DNA of 64,000 nucleotides, from positions 3,193 through 67,192 of IMG/VR virus record IMGVR_UViG_3300042371_000495; one strand, given 5' to 3'. The position numbers and the translations under genes were made by a program. The stretch comes from a virus. Below, one piece after another: positions 63,031-64,000 of the stretch. The number at the start of each line of letters is the position of its first letter. Position 1 is the first letter of the stretch. The notes under the pieces were generated by a model. That model had not been told where the DNA came from, ran no database searches, and saw only the letters and a program-made list of their open reading frames with translations.

Positions 63031-64000
63031 TTATTGCAAGTTTGCTATACTAATCATACCGTAGCGAGGCTGAACGTTATCTAGACGAAACATCGCAGAG
63101 CGTGGAGTCATGGCATAAACATCATTATTGTATGAATTAAACACTGCACCTTTCGCAGCAATAATAGTTTCAGCAGTAAAACTTGGTGGATTATAAGTTG
63201 TTGATCCCCATGTTCCGTAATTTGATATAAGCTGAATAGCTCCATATGTATGGATAGTTAATGCTGGTATATCATTCTCAAAGTTCAAAACTATTGCATC
63301 TTTTCCAACTGAATAGCAAGCGCTATGAACATTATGCGAAGCAGATCCAAGCGCAACAAAATAAATTTCACCATTAGTCCTATATGTGGTTGCAGCAGAA
63401 TTAGGAATAGTCCCAGTGAGCGGACGGGTAATGGTTAACTTGCGATTTACCGTATCATTACTGACTACTTTAGCACAATTTTCGCTACAGTAACTACTCG
63501 AGAAAAAAATTACTGCGTCGCCGGTACGAAGTCTCGCAAATTGATCTCCATAATATGCACCCATATTAGTCCCCGGGGCAATGAGTCCTTGTGCAAGATA
63601 CTCAATCTCGATATTCGAATTAATTACACGCCACCTAAGGTTGACATTTACATTTACATCATCATCGAGTCTATTCCGAGGGAAGAATACTGCACAAGCT
63701 CCGGACATATTTTTCACAGTTAATGTGTTCACAGCGATTTTATCAGCAGTAATAGACCCCACATTTAATGTATCGCCGGTAATAGCACCAGCGGCGATCG
63801 TTCCAGCAGTAATGGCGCCAGTGGCAATCTTACCAGCAGTGATGGCACCAGCTTCTATCTTTTCAGCAGTAATGGCGCCAGCGGCAATCTTACCAGCAGT
63901 GATGGCACCAGCTTCAATCTTTTCGGCAGTAACGGCACCAGCGGCAATCTTAGTGGCAGTAATGGCATTAGCAGTAATTGTATCGGCTGTAACGGCTCCA
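63031..64000 (-). CDS. C-terminal part of a tail fibre/tail-tip-like protein (5' end outside window)
   Basis: Frame stays open beyond the track's 63762 start: GAVTADTITANAITATKIAAGAVTAEKIEAGAITAGKIA... Confidence 0.75.
   Translation of the reverse strand, partial: GAVTADTITANAITATKIAAGAVTAEKIEAGAITAGKIAAGAITAEKIEAGAITAGKIATGAITAGTIAAGAITGDTLNVGSITADKIAVNTLTVKNMSGACAVFFPRNRLDDDVNVNVNLRWRVINSNIEIEYLAQGLIAPGTNMGAYYGDQFARLRTGDAVIFFSSSYCSENCAKVVSNDTVNRKLTITRPLTGTIPNSAATTYRTNGEIYFVALGSASHNVHSACYSVGKDAIVLNFENDIPALTIHTYGAIQLISNYGTWGSTTYNPPSFTAETIIAAKGAVFNSYNNDVYAMTPRSAMFRLDNVQPRYGMISIANLQ
63740..64000 (-). repeat. 30-bp coding repeats, (AGAITAxKIx)n
   Basis: Periodic gcagtaatggcgcca/gcagtgatggcacca units on the plus strand. 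Confidence 0.85.

Noticed and set aside
1-64000. tRNA/rRNA genes, stop-codon reassignment, integrase or transposase
   Set aside because: No cloverleaf or T-loop pattern noticed in the short intergenic gaps; core genes translate full-length in the standard code and TAA, TAG and TGA all act as stops; no recombinase motifs; tRNAscan-SE would be the decisive check for tRNAs

Overview
A 64-kb piece of a large lytic T4-like myovirus genome (cyanomyovirus/pelagimyovirus-like gene order), almost all on the minus strand. Reading from high to low coordinates: (1) baseplate/tail-fibre region (gp8, a 1805-aa DUF4815-type virion protein, fibres, two unrelated leucine-rich-repeat proteins, a sulfotransferase, holin-like genes), interrupted by a strongly AT-rich ~6-kb enzyme island (two radical SAM/SPASM enzymes, a 2OG-Fe(II) oxygenase, four glycosyltransferase-like genes); (2) the core morphogenesis block gp13-14-15-16-17-18-19-20-core-21-22-23-3; (3) uvsY, uvsW, gp55, gp47, gp46, a VWA/CobS-like pair, gp45, gp44, gp62, regA, an Ntn hydrolase, hsp20, gp43, a MazG-like pyrophosphatase, an AEP primase-like gene; (4) small early ORFs. 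Regulatory signals can be read directly. Sigma70-like early promoters (TGTACA/TTTACA-N16/17-TAnnAT) and T4-type late promoters (TATAAATA) mostly sit so that transcription would start on or next to the ATG (leaderless mRNA). Leadered genes have AC-rich leaders without a Shine-Dalgarno. The one clear SD noticed is in a ROSE-like thermometer hairpin before hsp20. The best candidates for new biology are the fibre-linked modification island with its palindromic bidirectional promoter, the repeat-shuffled LRR adhesin beside a sulfotransferase, and a late Ntn hydrolase with a C-terminal capsid-targeting-like motif. All protein calls come from motif recognition by eye; no database searches were run. 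No tRNA, rRNA, CRISPR array, intron, intein or reverse transcriptase was recognised.
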